A DNA stretch of 64,000 nt from NCBI GenBank assembly GCA_964035545.1, contig OZ037770.1, positions 186,001 to 250,000 on the forward strand, read 5' to 3'. Position numbers and translations under genes: made by a program. Positions 1 through 13,356 of the stretch are shown here, one piece after another; position 1 is the stretch's first letter, and every line of letters starts with the position of its first letter. The notes below the pieces were generated by a model. It had not been told where the DNA came from, did no database searches, and saw nothing but the letters and a program-made list of their open reading frames with translations. The stretch comes from Bugula neritina (taxonomy: Eukaryota > Animalia > Bryozoa).

Positions 1-2216
1 TAAATAATAACACATTGAATGTGTTTATTAAGTTGACTCTGTAAGGTTTCCTGAATGTCTACCAAATCAAACTCTAATTGTTTTCAGCATGTTTAGACTT
101 TCATTTGTTGAGCTCATGGAACTTCACAACAACAAACTTAAGTTATAATTATTGTGTTCATACAGTACCATTAGCTTGTCATTATATAAATGTAAGAATA
201 TTATATAATATTAAAGTACAGATAATGCATACATCACAGTATATGTGATTGAATAGAGATATAGCTGTAGGCTAATGTCCATCATACTTAGTGTTACAGT
301 TTATTTGTTAAGTAGAGATGGTATTGTATACCCACAGAACATCAAAGCTACACACACTGCCAATACAGGTGTGTGCAGGTACTATGATATATTAATGGCT
401 ATTGTTATGTTGTAAAGATAATATTATTTTAAAATCACAACAAATAGTGTTGATGTATATTTCTATGTTCTTCATGCAACATAGAATACTCTCAATGCAT
501 AATGTAATGATTTAAATGTAAGAAAACAATATTAAACAAATACAAGATAATTACTGTTATAAAAAGGTAGCTGATACAGATTGAAGTTGGTGTGTTTTTC
601 CTATCAATTTATTTCAATGGAATGTTATTATAGTGAGAGTGTAGTTAGTATAAACACATGTGAATACAAACAGTAACTCCTATCATATCCTCAGCACATC
701 TAACATTACTTTACTGTATAATAATACTGATTGTGAGGAGCTAGACTTGCTGTGTGGATTATGTAGTATAATTAGCACAAAGCTCCTTGGTAATGGATGC
801 TAATAGTATAAGTTAAACATAGAATTGGATAGTTTAAGCAATTTGAAACTTATTTGTTGAAAGGAAAATATATTAGAAGATGAAAAGAATGAGGAGTAAA
901 TATTGACAGGAAGTAAATAATATTGAGATAAAGAGAGAGAATGGAAGAGTTGTAATATTATGATATGAGAAAGTTGAAGATGGTATTGAGATGGGTTGAA
1001 GTAGAGACAATCTCAGTTTCTTGTCACCAGAGTGAATGATCCACCAAACACTAACTAATTATGTATCAGTTTCTAGTATTTACCACTTAGCATTGTTATT
1101 ATGTCTGCACACCTGCTGCAGGTAGTAAATCTATTTATAGCCACAGGTATGTGCAGGTTAGTGTATGTCTCAATAGCAACATGCTGTAGGTAACATGATT
1201 ACTCTACGTAACATATACTGCACGTAACTCATACTAAACATGAAATACTGTACATAGAATACTGTATATTTATGCTGTACATACATACTGTGAACTAAAT
1301 AATGAAGAAATTTAGATAAACCAACAAAAACAATTTATTTAGAACATGTTTTGGTTAATTTAAACTGAAAATAGAACTATTTCGTTAATTTATGATCTTT
1401 TACTTCTTTGGCCAAGTAAGTGGAGTTATTGAAAGTAATTTTTATCACCCAGATTCTCTGAAATTCTCTAATTAATTAAGAAAAGGGCTGTGAACATAAA
1501 ATAAATAATAATATTGGATCCTAATCTTTAATCTGATTGTTTGTGACATAAAAACCCATCTATAGATGAAACTTGAAATATTGTTTAAAATAAGATATAA
1601 AATCTTAACCAATTTCTAGACTGCAGGCAACTTTGTACCATTACATAGAGTATAATAAACACACAATAGTGCCCTCGACACGGGTCTTTCTTCCGCTCAT
1701 ATTATTCATGTTCAGCGAATTCCTAATAAAATTAGTTTGTATGAAAGGAAAAGTTAGAGTAGCCATTTTGAGTCAACATAAATCAGTGAGTGAATAAAAG
1801 AGATGAACTGAGTTTGTTTGCTTTTCTTCATTGCTCTTTTGTTAAATGTAAATTAGCCATAATGGAGGTGCTAAAGACTTGAAAACTTCAAAAGTATTTG
1901 TTTTAGACTGGAATTCTGAAAGACAATTGGTAAAAGGGATGCTATAGTATATAATGTGTTTGTTATATTGGTAGAGTGTAGAGTGGATAAACTTAGTATT
2001 TATATGATGAAACAAGAAGAATATACATCCAGGTTTTTATGTTTGAATTGAATAGAATTTGATGTGCACTCGGCACCAACTAATATGAATAAAATCTCCT
2101 TTGATATGAAAACAGATAAAGAAGAACTTTGCATACATAATTCTTGTCTTGTTTTCACACATTTGAATGGATCAATTTTGTATCTCCTCCATAGAAATAG
2201 ATCTAGGGTCATGTAG

Positions 2217-2472
2217 ATGTATACTCTTTGGTATACAAGTATTACAGTAATATATACTCTTTGTTATACAAGTGTTACAGTAATATATACTCTTTGTTAT
2301 ACAAGTATTACAGTAATATATACTCTTTGTTATACAAGTGTTACAGTAATATATACTCTTTGTTATACAAGTATTACAGTAATATATACTCTTTGTTATA
2401 CAAGTGTTACAGTAATATATACTCTTTGTTATAGGTGTATTACAGTAGTATATACTCTTTGTTATACAAGTG
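2217..2472. repeat. 33-bp minisatellite (tatatactctttgttatacaagtattacagtaa), about 7-8 copies
   Basis: Direct tandem periodicity; explains the 11-aa periodic ORFs at 2217 and 2228. Confidence 0.95.
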
Positions 2473-3309
2473 TGTGTGCGTGTGCCATAATAACTCTTGA
2501 AAGCTGGCAGCTTGAGTCAAATGACCTATCAGCTAGGTCATGTGACCACATACTGTGTGGTAACAGCATCTTAGTGGGTGGTCCAAATAGTTCAGTCTTC
2601 ACTGGACTCAACATAGCCTAATAGCCTACCAGATATTGTATACAAACTAAGGGAGGCTGGGCTGATGCTCCACAAAGAATCTATATGTCATAATCTCTTG
2701 AATAATTAGTAAGATTTAATATTAATGAGCTATCACTGACAGGGCCATTAAATTTATGGAACTTCAAACAGAGCATTTACTATCAGATGAGGTGATACAG
2801 TGTACTGCAGGAGCCTAGACTGGACACAACATTACCTGCACACTTTATTACTAGATTCTTTTAATTCTTATCAAAAGAAAATCTTTAGAATCAGGACTCA
2901 GAGTCTGTTCTAAAAGCTGCATTACAATTTGATTTTGGTATTTCATTAAAACAATAACTGCAACTTAACATGTTCCTCAAGATGCTCCTGAGAGTGTATT
3001 AGCAAGTGCTCTAAGGTGTGAGCAAGTGCTCTAAGGTGTGAGCAAGTGTCATCACTGTCTCCTTGACAACCACAACCAGTGCTCTCCTCTACTCTCTATT
3101 ATATCAGTAAACTATCACAACCATGCAATATAATTATCTACCAGTAAGTAAGTCAACATAAACAAGAGTTGTGAGTATTTAGAGCACTTCAATTAGTGAT
3201 AAGAAAGTATTAAGATGTCTACTTCTTACTTTAGCACTTGTAACTTCTTATCATAACTTATTATTCCATATTCTGAATGACATTATAGTTAATATAATCT
3301 GTTACTACT

Positions 3310-3397
3310 CTCTCTATCCACCACTGTAGAGCTCTCTATCCACCACTTTAGAGCTCTCTATCCACCACTGTAGAGCTCTCTATCCACCACTGTAGAG
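3310..3397. repeat. 22-bp tandem repeat (ctctctatccaccactgtagag), 4 copies
   Basis: Direct periodicity. Confidence 0.9.
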
Positions 3398-4045
3398 TCC
3401 ACTCACTCTACTTACTACTGTTACTAATTACTCTTGCTAATAGCTTCACTACTTACACACCAATTAGTAAAATCTGTTTGTAATGTTTGTGGTCAGCCCA
3501 TGCTGTCCTCAATATTACTTTAATTAATTCATTAAAACCTCAGATATGACCCTTTAGTGCTGTTCACTCTACACATGCTCCAGTCTAACTTCTTAGCAGA
3601 AGTTTTATTAGTTATTATGACGTTATAACATTCTTGTGAGTGGTTTAGTTCTGGAGTGACAAAACTACAAGACAGGATAACAGCTCAACAGCTGGAGGCT
3701 TCTGTGCTAATCATTTCCTTCTCATGCTGCTTCTCAAATATGCTCCCTATGTAACAGCAAACAGCAAACAGCAAACCTCAGTTTACTTTGACTTCATATA
3801 CTCTGTTGGTTATAAGATTATGTATATACTATATATAACATGCTGATTACTAGGTATCTACCTTATAAAGCTTCTTACTGATCAATATACAGTTGTAAGA
3901 AATGCTGGCTAGTTAGCCTGTTTCCTCACTCAAAACTTCACATCTTTGTGGTAGTTTCTGCTGTCTAAACACCTTATTTCTTGGGGAATTTTTTAGATCC
4001 AGGGCTAAATATTTTTCTCCCTTGAAATATATGAAATACTTGAGA

Positions 4046-4099
4046 GGCACGCGACTTACATTGTCCAGACCAGCCAATCAGAGGAGAGCAAGCACCTGC
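4046..4099. promoter_or_regulatory. Candidate enhancer 3' of the achaete-scute gene: Hairy-type site GGCACGCGAC, CCAAT and proneural E-box
   Basis: GGCACGCGAC 4046-4055, CCAAT 4074-4078 and CACCTGC (=GCAGGTG) 4093-4099 cluster in 54 bp. Confidence 0.45.
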
Positions 4100-4249
4100 T
4101 CCTAGCTGTCTCACTCTAAGCTGTCATAGCAGGGACAGGAGAGGCTATTTAATAAACCACATATATATATTGTGTAACAAAACAGTTCTTCATCTTCAAC
4201 GATGGCTATCTCTCTCCTGTCTTCCTCTTCTCTCTCTCCTTCTCCTTTT

Positions 4250-4490
4250 CTCGGTGTCCGGTAAAAACGGCACAGGTAAAAACGGCACAGGTAAAAATGG
4301 CACAGGTAATAATGGTACATTTTCAATATTAGGGTTTAGGATGGGATTGGGTGTTTGGGATTTGGGGTTGGGGTTTAAGGGTTGAAGGCTTGAGTTTGAG
4401 GTTTCGGAAAATTTAACATTAGTGTGCCATGTTTTTTCTACTTTTCCATTTGTTCCTTTATTATCGGCGCCATTTTTACCTAATACTCCT
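4250..4490. mobile_element. Short non-autonomous inverted-repeat element (MITE/HINE-like)
   Basis: Left end has tandem GGTAAAAAYGGCACA copies (4260-4320); the right end has the inverted GCGCCATTTTTACC (4467-4480); G/T-rich core; interrupts a CT-rich tract. Confidence 0.55.
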
Positions 4491-4878
4491 TCTCTCCCCC
4501 CTCCCCATTTCCCTCTCCCTACCCCTCGCTCCTTTACCCTCTCTTCCTCATCTACACTGTAGGCTGCAGGGAGTCTAACAGTATAATACTAGATGGTGGG
4601 AGATCCAAGGGGTTATCCTACACTGTGTTATGCACTAAGTTATACACCTGCACTAAGTTATGTAATAAATATCACAACAAGTTGCATACCAAGTATGGAA
4701 TATTTCTATACTATTGCTGGCATCACGTGATGATGTTTTGTATAGAAATCAACATGATTACATAACTTCTCACATATTTCTAGATAAATTTCAAATTGTA
4801 TGTTTTTAACAGGTAAACATGTAATTATATGAAAAATGTTTACTTTCAGTATGACTCAGCTAACACAGTGACTTAGTA

Positions 4879-5084
4879 ATGTGTTGATACTCGTGTGTTG
4901 ATACCCATGTGTTGATACTCATGTGTTGATACTCATGTGTTGATACTCATGTGTTGATACTCATGTGTTGATACTCATGTGTTGATACCCATGTGTTGAT
5001 ACTCATGTGTTGATACCCATGTGTTGATACTCATGTGTTGATACTCATGTGTTGATACTCATGTGTTGATACTCATGTGTTGAT
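4879..5084. repeat. 14-bp minisatellite (atgtgttgatactc)
   Basis: Direct periodicity, about 14 copies. Confidence 0.95.
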
Positions 5085-5650
5085 ATATGATGCACGCACA
5101 CTCTTACACAGCAAAAGCTATTCTCTGGCTTTGAATATTTTATTTTAGTGTAAAACTGGAAAATTGAAAGATCAAGTATCAAAAATGGGTATAAATTATA
5201 AAATAAGTAGAAAACAAAAAGGAATTTTTTATAAAATGTGGAAAAGATTATTACACAGAGTTTCATCAATAATATTATTGCATAAATAACTTATACTTGC
5301 ATAAGGCATAAAATGTTGAGTATATATATTAATATCATATGCATACACATTGTAGAGAAAATTGAAGGATATGTATTATATTGCATTTCCCCCGAACCTG
5401 GAAATTATCACCAAAATCATAAATTATATATTCTGTTCCTTAAATTATTAAATTATTAAATGCTTTTCTCTTGCGCATATCACAGTTGAGGTCATTTCAT
5501 TGCATGCAAGTCTTCCTTGACTACAAAATAGTAGAATATAATATATAGTAGAGCATTTTATACAACATACGATCACATAATATACCATCAGGTAATAGAA
5601 AGTTACCTGCGTAGTCTAATATAAATATAATAAAAAATTACCTGCAAAGT

Positions 5651-7714
5651 CTAATAAAGCCAAGAAGCAAATTCTAGCAGCTCAGCCTCTTCCGTGGAGA
5701 TGTCTTCGGTGTTACCATACAATCCTTGCTCTACGGAGCTGAAACTACTGGTAGGGGAGGGGTACGTCGTCCCGAACTCATCACAGGATGGTGTGGAATA
5801 GTCTATTTGGAAGGCGCTGGTTCTGTTTGGGTAATTATCGTAATATTGTAGGTCTCTAGAGAAAGTGTTGTTTGTCTGGTTGCTAAGTAACGATCCATTC
5901 GGACAGTGTGACATCACGTCCTGTTTACTCAACAAGTGATAACTGTCAACAGGTGTTGCATGCGACTGTGTTAGCAGCTGTGATTGGTCGTAAGTGTGGT
6001 AGGAAGCTGATGTGATTGGCTGAGAAGGGCTGGTGCATTGTGGGTGACGAGGACTCGAAGGAAGACTGGAGGGGACTGACTCGCTGTCGGAGTCAGAGTT
6101 CACGCTGCCATTCAAGTCATCGAGTGTTTCCTGCAGGTCTTGTATGTACAAGATGGCCGCCTTTAGCGTGTCAACTTTACTCATCTTTTTACTGCGCAGG
6201 TGTGGGGGGACATGGTTGGCCAGCGTGACGAAACCTGCAGTCAACAAAACAACATATGAGTTGACAGGAAGTAGTAGCTGGACAGGAAGTAGTTGGTGGA
6301 CAGGAAGTAGTTGGTGGACAGGAAGTGGGTTTAAGCAATGTAGAGAATCTCAAAGGGAATAGATAAGAATCTGTACACAAACTGACAATGAGCATCATAT
6401 GGATAAAACACAAACAGTGCATGTACGTATGTATACACATACAGCACATATACCTATGCAGACATATACAGTGTGGCTGTCAAATATGAGAGTAAACATC
6501 AAGCAATGCACATCCTTTGAAGATTTCTGACAGGGATAAGGAGATACAGAAATACAAGATACATTCTATCTATTGAGGTGATTCCAGATTAGCAGTTATC
6601 TCACCATGGCAGATCAATAACTGTACTCTCTTCCTCAAAAGAATTTTTTTTTCTAAACCCTTTTTGGAAAATACTCCAGTGGTTAAGGTGGAGAAATTGA
6701 TGTGGTACGCTTAAAGTTGACTGCCAGTTTTAGTGCTCAATTGATGACATGAGGCCTGAATTTTCTTATAAGTATTCTATTATAAGTGGAATGCCAGAGA
6801 AAAAACAGAAATAAAATATTCTTTTGCATGATCAAATTTCTTATGAATTTGTCAGCTTACTTCCGACTGCATTTTTAATCATTTTTGGGACAAAATAAAC
6901 TAACAGAAAATGAATATTAGACCAACAGTCAATATGTTAAAAATAAAACATAAATGTATTGTATACACTTGTACATTTTATCTGCACAACATTCCGTACT
7001 ACTCTCAGTACTACTCTACTCTCAGTACTACTCTAGACTCAGTACTACTCTAGACTCAGTACTACTCTACTCTCAGTACTACTCAACACTCAGTACTACT
7101 CTACTCTCAGTACTACTCAACACTCAGTACTACTCAGTGCTACTCTACTCTCAGTACTACTCTAGACTCAGTACTACTCTAGACTCAGTACTACTCTACT
7201 CTCAGTACTACTCAACACCCAGTACTACTCAACACTGGGAACACAACTCTCATATGGGTTCTACATTACAAAACCAACACACCAGGATCTCAATACAGCA
7301 GCTAAAACCCTTCCTACTTGCCTCAGACATCACTTTATTGCACCATTTATTTTTGACCTCAAAATTACATTTTTCATCAAAAACTCTGGAGATTTTGACA
7401 GCAGACTATGGCTCACCCTGGTTGACAGCCCTGACTCTGTTCCTTTCTCTGGTGTTCCTCCTAGTCACAGCCTGGGGTCGCGGGTGGTTCATTGCCTTCT
7501 TACTAATCTGCCCCCCTCGCTGTCGCGCATACTCCAACTTTAGCAACGGCTCCGTCACACATCCTGTTAGAGATTGTTCGGAGGATACTACTTCCTGTTT
7601 AGGGAGGATTGTGGGAGACTGTTTGCGTTGTGGAGATAATGGCGTTAAAATAATCTGCGTGAAAGTTGTACCATTCACTGTGGCCATCGCAGGCATTACC
7701 TTCAGTGTTGCCAT
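5651..7714 (-). CDS. ASCL1: Achaete-scute family (ASCa) proneural bHLH transcription factor; exons 7417-7714 and 5651-6234
   Basis: The spliced product gives the bHLH AVTRRNTRERNRVRAVNQG|FVTLANHVP...KKMSKVDTLKAAILYIQDLQ and the family C-terminal motif EEAELLEFASWLY*. Phase-1 GT-AG intron at 6235-7416. Confidence 0.93.
6263..6327. repeat. 18-bp tandem repeat x4, each copy with ACAGGAAGT, near the 3' end of the ASC intron
   Basis: ACAGGAAGT at 6264, 6282, 6300 and 6318. Confidence 0.9.
6996..7232. repeat. Degenerate intronic minisatellite (ctcagtactactcta-type)
   Basis: Direct periodicity within the ASC intron. Confidence 0.9.
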
Positions 7715-7756
7715 GGAAACAATTTAGTCAGTGCTTAGAGTAAGTGTGAGAGAGCA

Positions 7757-7893
7757 GACTGAAGGCACGTGCTGTGCTGGTCTGCATTTATATGCACTCG
7801 CGACTGACACACGTCTGCAAGTACCGCCCACATCTTGGCAAGTGCCTGCAGGTGTTTGCTATTAGAGTACTGCTTGTCTCGAATTCTGATTGG
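7757..7893 (-). promoter_or_regulatory. Core promoter of the ASC gene: Inr, HES-class site, TATA, proneural E-box, CCAAT
   Basis: On the minus strand: TCAGTC Inr (7762-7757), TATAAAT (7792-7786, about -32 from the Inr A) and CCAAT (7893-7889). Read on the plus strand: GGCACGTGCT 7764-7773 and GCAGGTG 7848-7854. Confidence 0.6.
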
Positions 7894-10800
7894 CTAAAGT
7901 CACAAACACAAAGAATTCCTACTGCACTTTGCAGGCTATTAGCTACGCTATGTAATTTTCAACTGACAAAATTGATTTATTCAAGTATAACCCTTTTTTA
8001 AATATCCTCATTCTTTTTATTTTGGTATTTCTTTTAATAAAAACTTACGGCTATATATCAATAGTCACTATAGAGTCACTATATGAGTATATAAACAGCA
8101 TACTTAGTGAATATACGGATATCTGGTATCCAGAATTAACTATCAACCAAATAAACATAATACTGTATTACTATATATCAATAATAGTTTTAGCTAGCAT
8201 ATTATTATATTGTTGTATTAATTTATAAAGTACAGGACATATATCATAATAGCATATAGGATAACAATATTATTATTATTACATTGTATATCTTATAATA
8301 AGTTATATTACATTGTAACCATATTATATACTATACTACATCCTATATCACATTCCTATATTTTATGTTGCTTTGTACTTTAAATTAATTCATTATAGTA
8401 TATCTTATATTATATTATATTATATATATTATATAATAGAGCTTGTATATTTGTTTTTATACATTATATACGAGTCTTATATGTTGTGCAAAATATTAGT
8501 AAATAGTCTGAGAGAATAGATAGTCTGAGAGAATAGATAGTCTGAGAGAGTAGATAGTCTGACTGTATGTCTGAGATTTATTAGTTTACGACTGACTCAC
8601 AGTCATCACTGAGCTACAGTTGGGAGACTCAGCTACTTGAGCAACTAGCCACTACTACACCCACTCCATCATATACAATATTATTAACATATCTCCATCT
8701 CAACAAGACTCAAGATGTCTATCATTGCCTCCTTCTAAGTGATAAGATTTCTAAATTCGAATAAAGTGTTTGTAAATGTGTTTTCTTCCTTGACTTTAGC
8801 AAAAATTGGTGTTTGCTGTCGTGGTTTGTCTCTGCGTGTCTGTTTGTCCGTCTGTCTGTCTGTCTGTCTCTCTGTGTTGAGTTGTTTGTCATCTCAACCA
8901 AACTGAAGCAACCAGTCAAAGCACTTCTTAATACTACTCTAATCATGCTCTAAAATATTCTAACATTTATCTTATAAAATGCTTTTAGTTCTGAATTGTA
9001 TAAGTAAATTGGCCAAACCTCAAACTACCTTACACTATGTGTATTTATGCCCTTTGAATCAGAGTAGACTGAAAGGGCTAACGGAGAGAGAGAATATTCA
9101 TTACTTGAAATATTTTATACTAAACTCTTTAGTCCAGCTAAAAATTCAATCTTTTAATAAAAACAGAGTGTTGAGATGTTATAATAATTAGGTTTTAGCA
9201 CCAAGACCTACTGTATACATTATGTATGCACTCGGAACTCAAACTAAAGAGCTGAGCTAACTGCCACAGAAGTATTTATTACATGACTTATTCTATAAAT
9301 ACTTCAATACAAAAACTATAAAATATTTCAGCTCTGTACTGGATAAAGTTGAATTCAAACTATAAATTATTTGAACTTATCATATTTCAAACAACACAGC
9401 GCTCTGTTTATGGCTGCTGGAGTCATATAAAGGCGAAAATCAATAACTAAATGACCAAATAGTGCTTGGAGTATAAAGACATGAATAATCACCAACTGGG
9501 GAGTTACTAGAGAGACATACACTATAACTGAGACTTCATATCGTATCGTAGTATCATATCGTAGTATCGTATCGTATCATGTACACTGGAGACCATTTAC
9601 CTGACATGTATTTACATAATTATGTCTCTTTGTTCACACTGTCAGCTGATAAATTACAGTGAAGCAAATTTTTACAAAACCATGCCAACAAAATTCAACA
9701 CACATGATAGCAGTTTATCTGTAGATTTCATAAAATCAGGACTTTATCAAACCAGTCATTAAATTCATTTCATTCACAATTCACAGACTTATAGCTTGTC
9801 ATTGCAAAGTATTGTAAGTATATCACATGGATTAATGTATATATAGTGAAGAGGTATAGCCTGTCAGTGTGTGACATGATATACATGTTGAGAGACTGTG
9901 TATACACCTTGTGGTACCTGCCAGCAACTGTCAGCACAGACTTCTACTCTCCTGACACCTGTGATGTCATCACCCTATGAGTCATACCATCCTGCACTTA
10001 GATGACTCATACAAACACTCTACTCACGTATAGTATAATTATATGAAGGTTTGTTTAAGGTGAATTTAGAATTTTGTATTATTATGAATTGTATAGTTCT
10101 AAGCTAGCAAGTTATTATGAAATACTTGTATATGTAACGTATAATGGCAAAATATTATTATTGCTTAGTAATTGTAATATTGTATTTTAGTTTTCCAGCT
10201 TTATTTGTTGAATATATTTTAGTTGTGCAGTTTAATATTAGAAAAGTAAAATAAAATCTTCAGGCATGTTTATAATATTTTATGTTGAAACCAGGGAAAG
10301 GGCCAACAGTGGAAAATATCTTTGCTGGCATTTTCCCAACACTTTGGTCACCTTAAAAAAAGCTGTTGCAAAAAAAGCAATTTTAACTTAGAAATGTTAA
10401 TCAAAATATTAGTAAAACCATATTGCATTTTCACTTGCTTCAACACAAAAAATTGAACACAATTAATGCTTTTATTTGAATCTACCCACTATAAGTTATT
10501 CTATACACAAATTAATCTCTATAATATTATAATCTTACGCACAGTTATTAGAAACTAATAGCTATAATATAATACATGGTATTGTACTCAGTTAATAAGA
10601 TAATCACACAGCCATAATTCTAGTTGTTATAGTTTCAACGCCTGGGGCAGATAACAACCAACTTCACATCCACTGTTTACTCCAATTATTATATTTTAGT
10701 CTTAATTCAAGAGAAATCCACTCTTTCCCACAATTCTTACAACTGGTCACCTGCACTGAGACAAAGGTAGTACATAATAATTATATATTTATATTTAATT

Positions 10801-11496
10801 TCCAATCAAATGTATTGTCAGGAATTATAAGATAAATAGTTGTTATTAGCATTATAATTACAGTATGAGTACCATCATAATGGATGTGAGACGAGGACCA
10901 TAATATATAACGCTACGGACACAATAGACTATATACTATTATACAGTATAATAATGTCTACAATACTACGATATAATGTGTACAATACTACGATATAATG
11001 TGTACAACACAAGGATATAATTGGATGTGATTACAATATAACTTGATACAGGAATGAAGGGATTATCTCCGGTGAAGTGTGAATATCAACTGAATGAGAG
11101 TGTCATATTCATCTCTCTGTATATGAGAGGGTATTACCTAGCACACTAATCCTGCTGTCACATGCGGCAGCTATAACATGCTGTCACACAGCAGCTATAT
11201 AAGATGCTGTATAGAAAAGCCCTCAAGGCACAAACTCCCATCTCCATTATTCTCTCTCATAATAGACACAAGAATACATATAAGTGACTCGGTTTGTTAG
11301 CTGTCACTACATTATTATATACAATATGCTGGGCTCATCTATTGCAGCAAATCAGACCACTTGAAATATATTGCTTAAACTATTAGAAATGATGTTTTTG
11401 TTCAGAGAAAAGGAAATAAGCTTTTAATTGAGTAAACAAATTAGTTCTACAGTTGAAGTTCTTACTCACACGTTTAAGTATCACCTGTCAGGTAGA

Positions 11497-11715
11497 ATAT
11501 TACAATAATATTATATGTTTATAATATATTACAATAATATTATATGTCTACAATTTATTACAATAATATTATATGTCTACAATATATTAGAATATTATTA
11601 TACGTCTACAATATATTAGATTAATATTATACGTCTACAATAATATATTACAATAATATTATATGTCTACAATATATTACAATAAATTATATGTCTACAA
11701 TATGTTACAATAATA
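11497..11715. repeat. AT-rich minisatellite (atattacaataatattatatgtctaca-type)
   Basis: Direct periodicity, intergenic. Confidence 0.85.
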
Positions 11716-13342
11716 GTGTAGTTCTAGAGTTAGCCCATAAGTAGATTATTGATACTGTAAGAGAAACAAATGGGCACAAAGCTGAATATTTTCTGTCCTT
11801 TTTATTCAAAACACTCAAAAGAGACAAACTACACTCATGCAAGTCAAGTGTGAATTTCCTATCATCTTATATAATTAATAAAAGCGTTACAAACTAATGT
11901 AATTATTTCTATATAGGATATACTAGCATATTAAAGTAATAATAACAATCCCTTAATACTACAATGTATCCACTCTCCAGCTAAACAACTTTGTCTATAT
12001 ATACTCTGTGGTATATCTCTTGACTTCATCTTGTCTATAATTAATATTTCAACAGCAGACCCCAAGTTGAACTCCAAATCAATAAATCATCATCTCCATT
12101 TCTGCCATTTATTTACTTGTTCTTCATTTTTGTATACAAACATGACTAACCACTTGTTTGTTTTTTATTAGGGCAGCAAATTCTACTTCCTGTCATAAAC
12201 ATAGCCTCAGATTTGCGTCCACATACTACTGGCGTTGCTCCCCACCCCCAATAAATGACAACTAATTAGCTTGCAGCCAACACAAGTATTGTTTGCATAT
12301 AATTACAGGATACAAATCTACAATTGACACCTCCCATAATGACACTTGTCAGTCTTGTCATACCAGTCCATAGAAACAAGCACTTGCAAGCACATGCAAG
12401 CGTATACAAGCACTTGTAATTCAAACAGCTCTGCATCTTATCTGCCAAGATCTGTGTTGATAAATGCTAAAAACTATCTATTTGCAATCTTCATTTTCTA
12501 TATTTACCTAAACTGCTTATTAGTCTGAGTTTTGTACGGATGCAATAGCTGTTAATGGAGTTGGAGAAGTGCAGGCATTGTACTAGGACTATGTAGTCTG
12601 ACATGTGTATATTATGGCTAATGTCATGTATACTGTATATTAATTTATATAAAGTAGAAGATAATATCTCCTCTTCTACATATAATTAATATTAAATATC
12701 ACGTTGACTGACACAATACAAACTGTCAGCTTTCTCTCTATTGCCCAGATCAACATAACTGTTAATCACAAAGAAGCCTAGCCTTAGAAACTTAGCATAG
12801 AAATTGTAGGGCATTCAGTCTTATGCCCACACAGAGGTTATTTATTATTACACAATTTAGTTTTTATGGTTCTACAGAATTCATGTGAAGTGATAGAAAT
12901 AAATAAATAAATAAATAACATTACATCATAATACCATGATCTGCACATGTACCTCAATATAACGTGTTATTAGGCTACATACATTATCTTATATATCAGA
13001 CTAATAAAATATAGACTTCATTAGTTCTATATATTAGATGTGTTTATTTAGAGTTACTTTTTTCATGTAGAGTTGAACACATTTAAATGGTGCTTCATTT
13101 AACATGTTCATAATGTATTGAGATTTAGAAACTTACTTTTATATATGCCTTATGCAGTAGTGACTTGATATAAAATACTATGGTTGTGCACTAAATGTAA
13201 ATAATGTTATGCTTGCGGTCATATACTAACCTTATAAAAAAGGAACCTAGCATTGATAGTAAGGGTTGTCATTTCATTGTGTGATTATGAATTTAGAAAA
13301 CAACTCCATTTTTACGTTAAACTTGTCTAACCACGTGATTTA

Positions 13343-13356
13343 CTTTCCATAGGAAC
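13343..13356. promoter_or_regulatory. Candidate RFX X-box upstream of the centrin-like gene
   Basis: CTTTCCATAGGAAC has one mismatch to GTTNCCATRGNAAC and lies about 95 bp before the ATG of a basal-body-type gene. Confidence 0.45.

Noticed and set aside
1380-2212. Possible decayed transposase or gene fragment (70-aa ORF at 2000-2212)
   Set aside because: No recognisable motif, termini or splice-consistent structure by eye; would need a translated search.
2217-2621. Periodic ORFs here and at 6954, 14730, 17072, 35499-35976, 40114-40712 and 48500-49289
   Set aside because: Products of tandem repeats; only the parts overlapping real exons are coding.
4328-4400. Interstitial telomeric repeat
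   Set aside because: Only loosely TTAGGG-like and enclosed by inverted repeats; better explained as the core of a small element.
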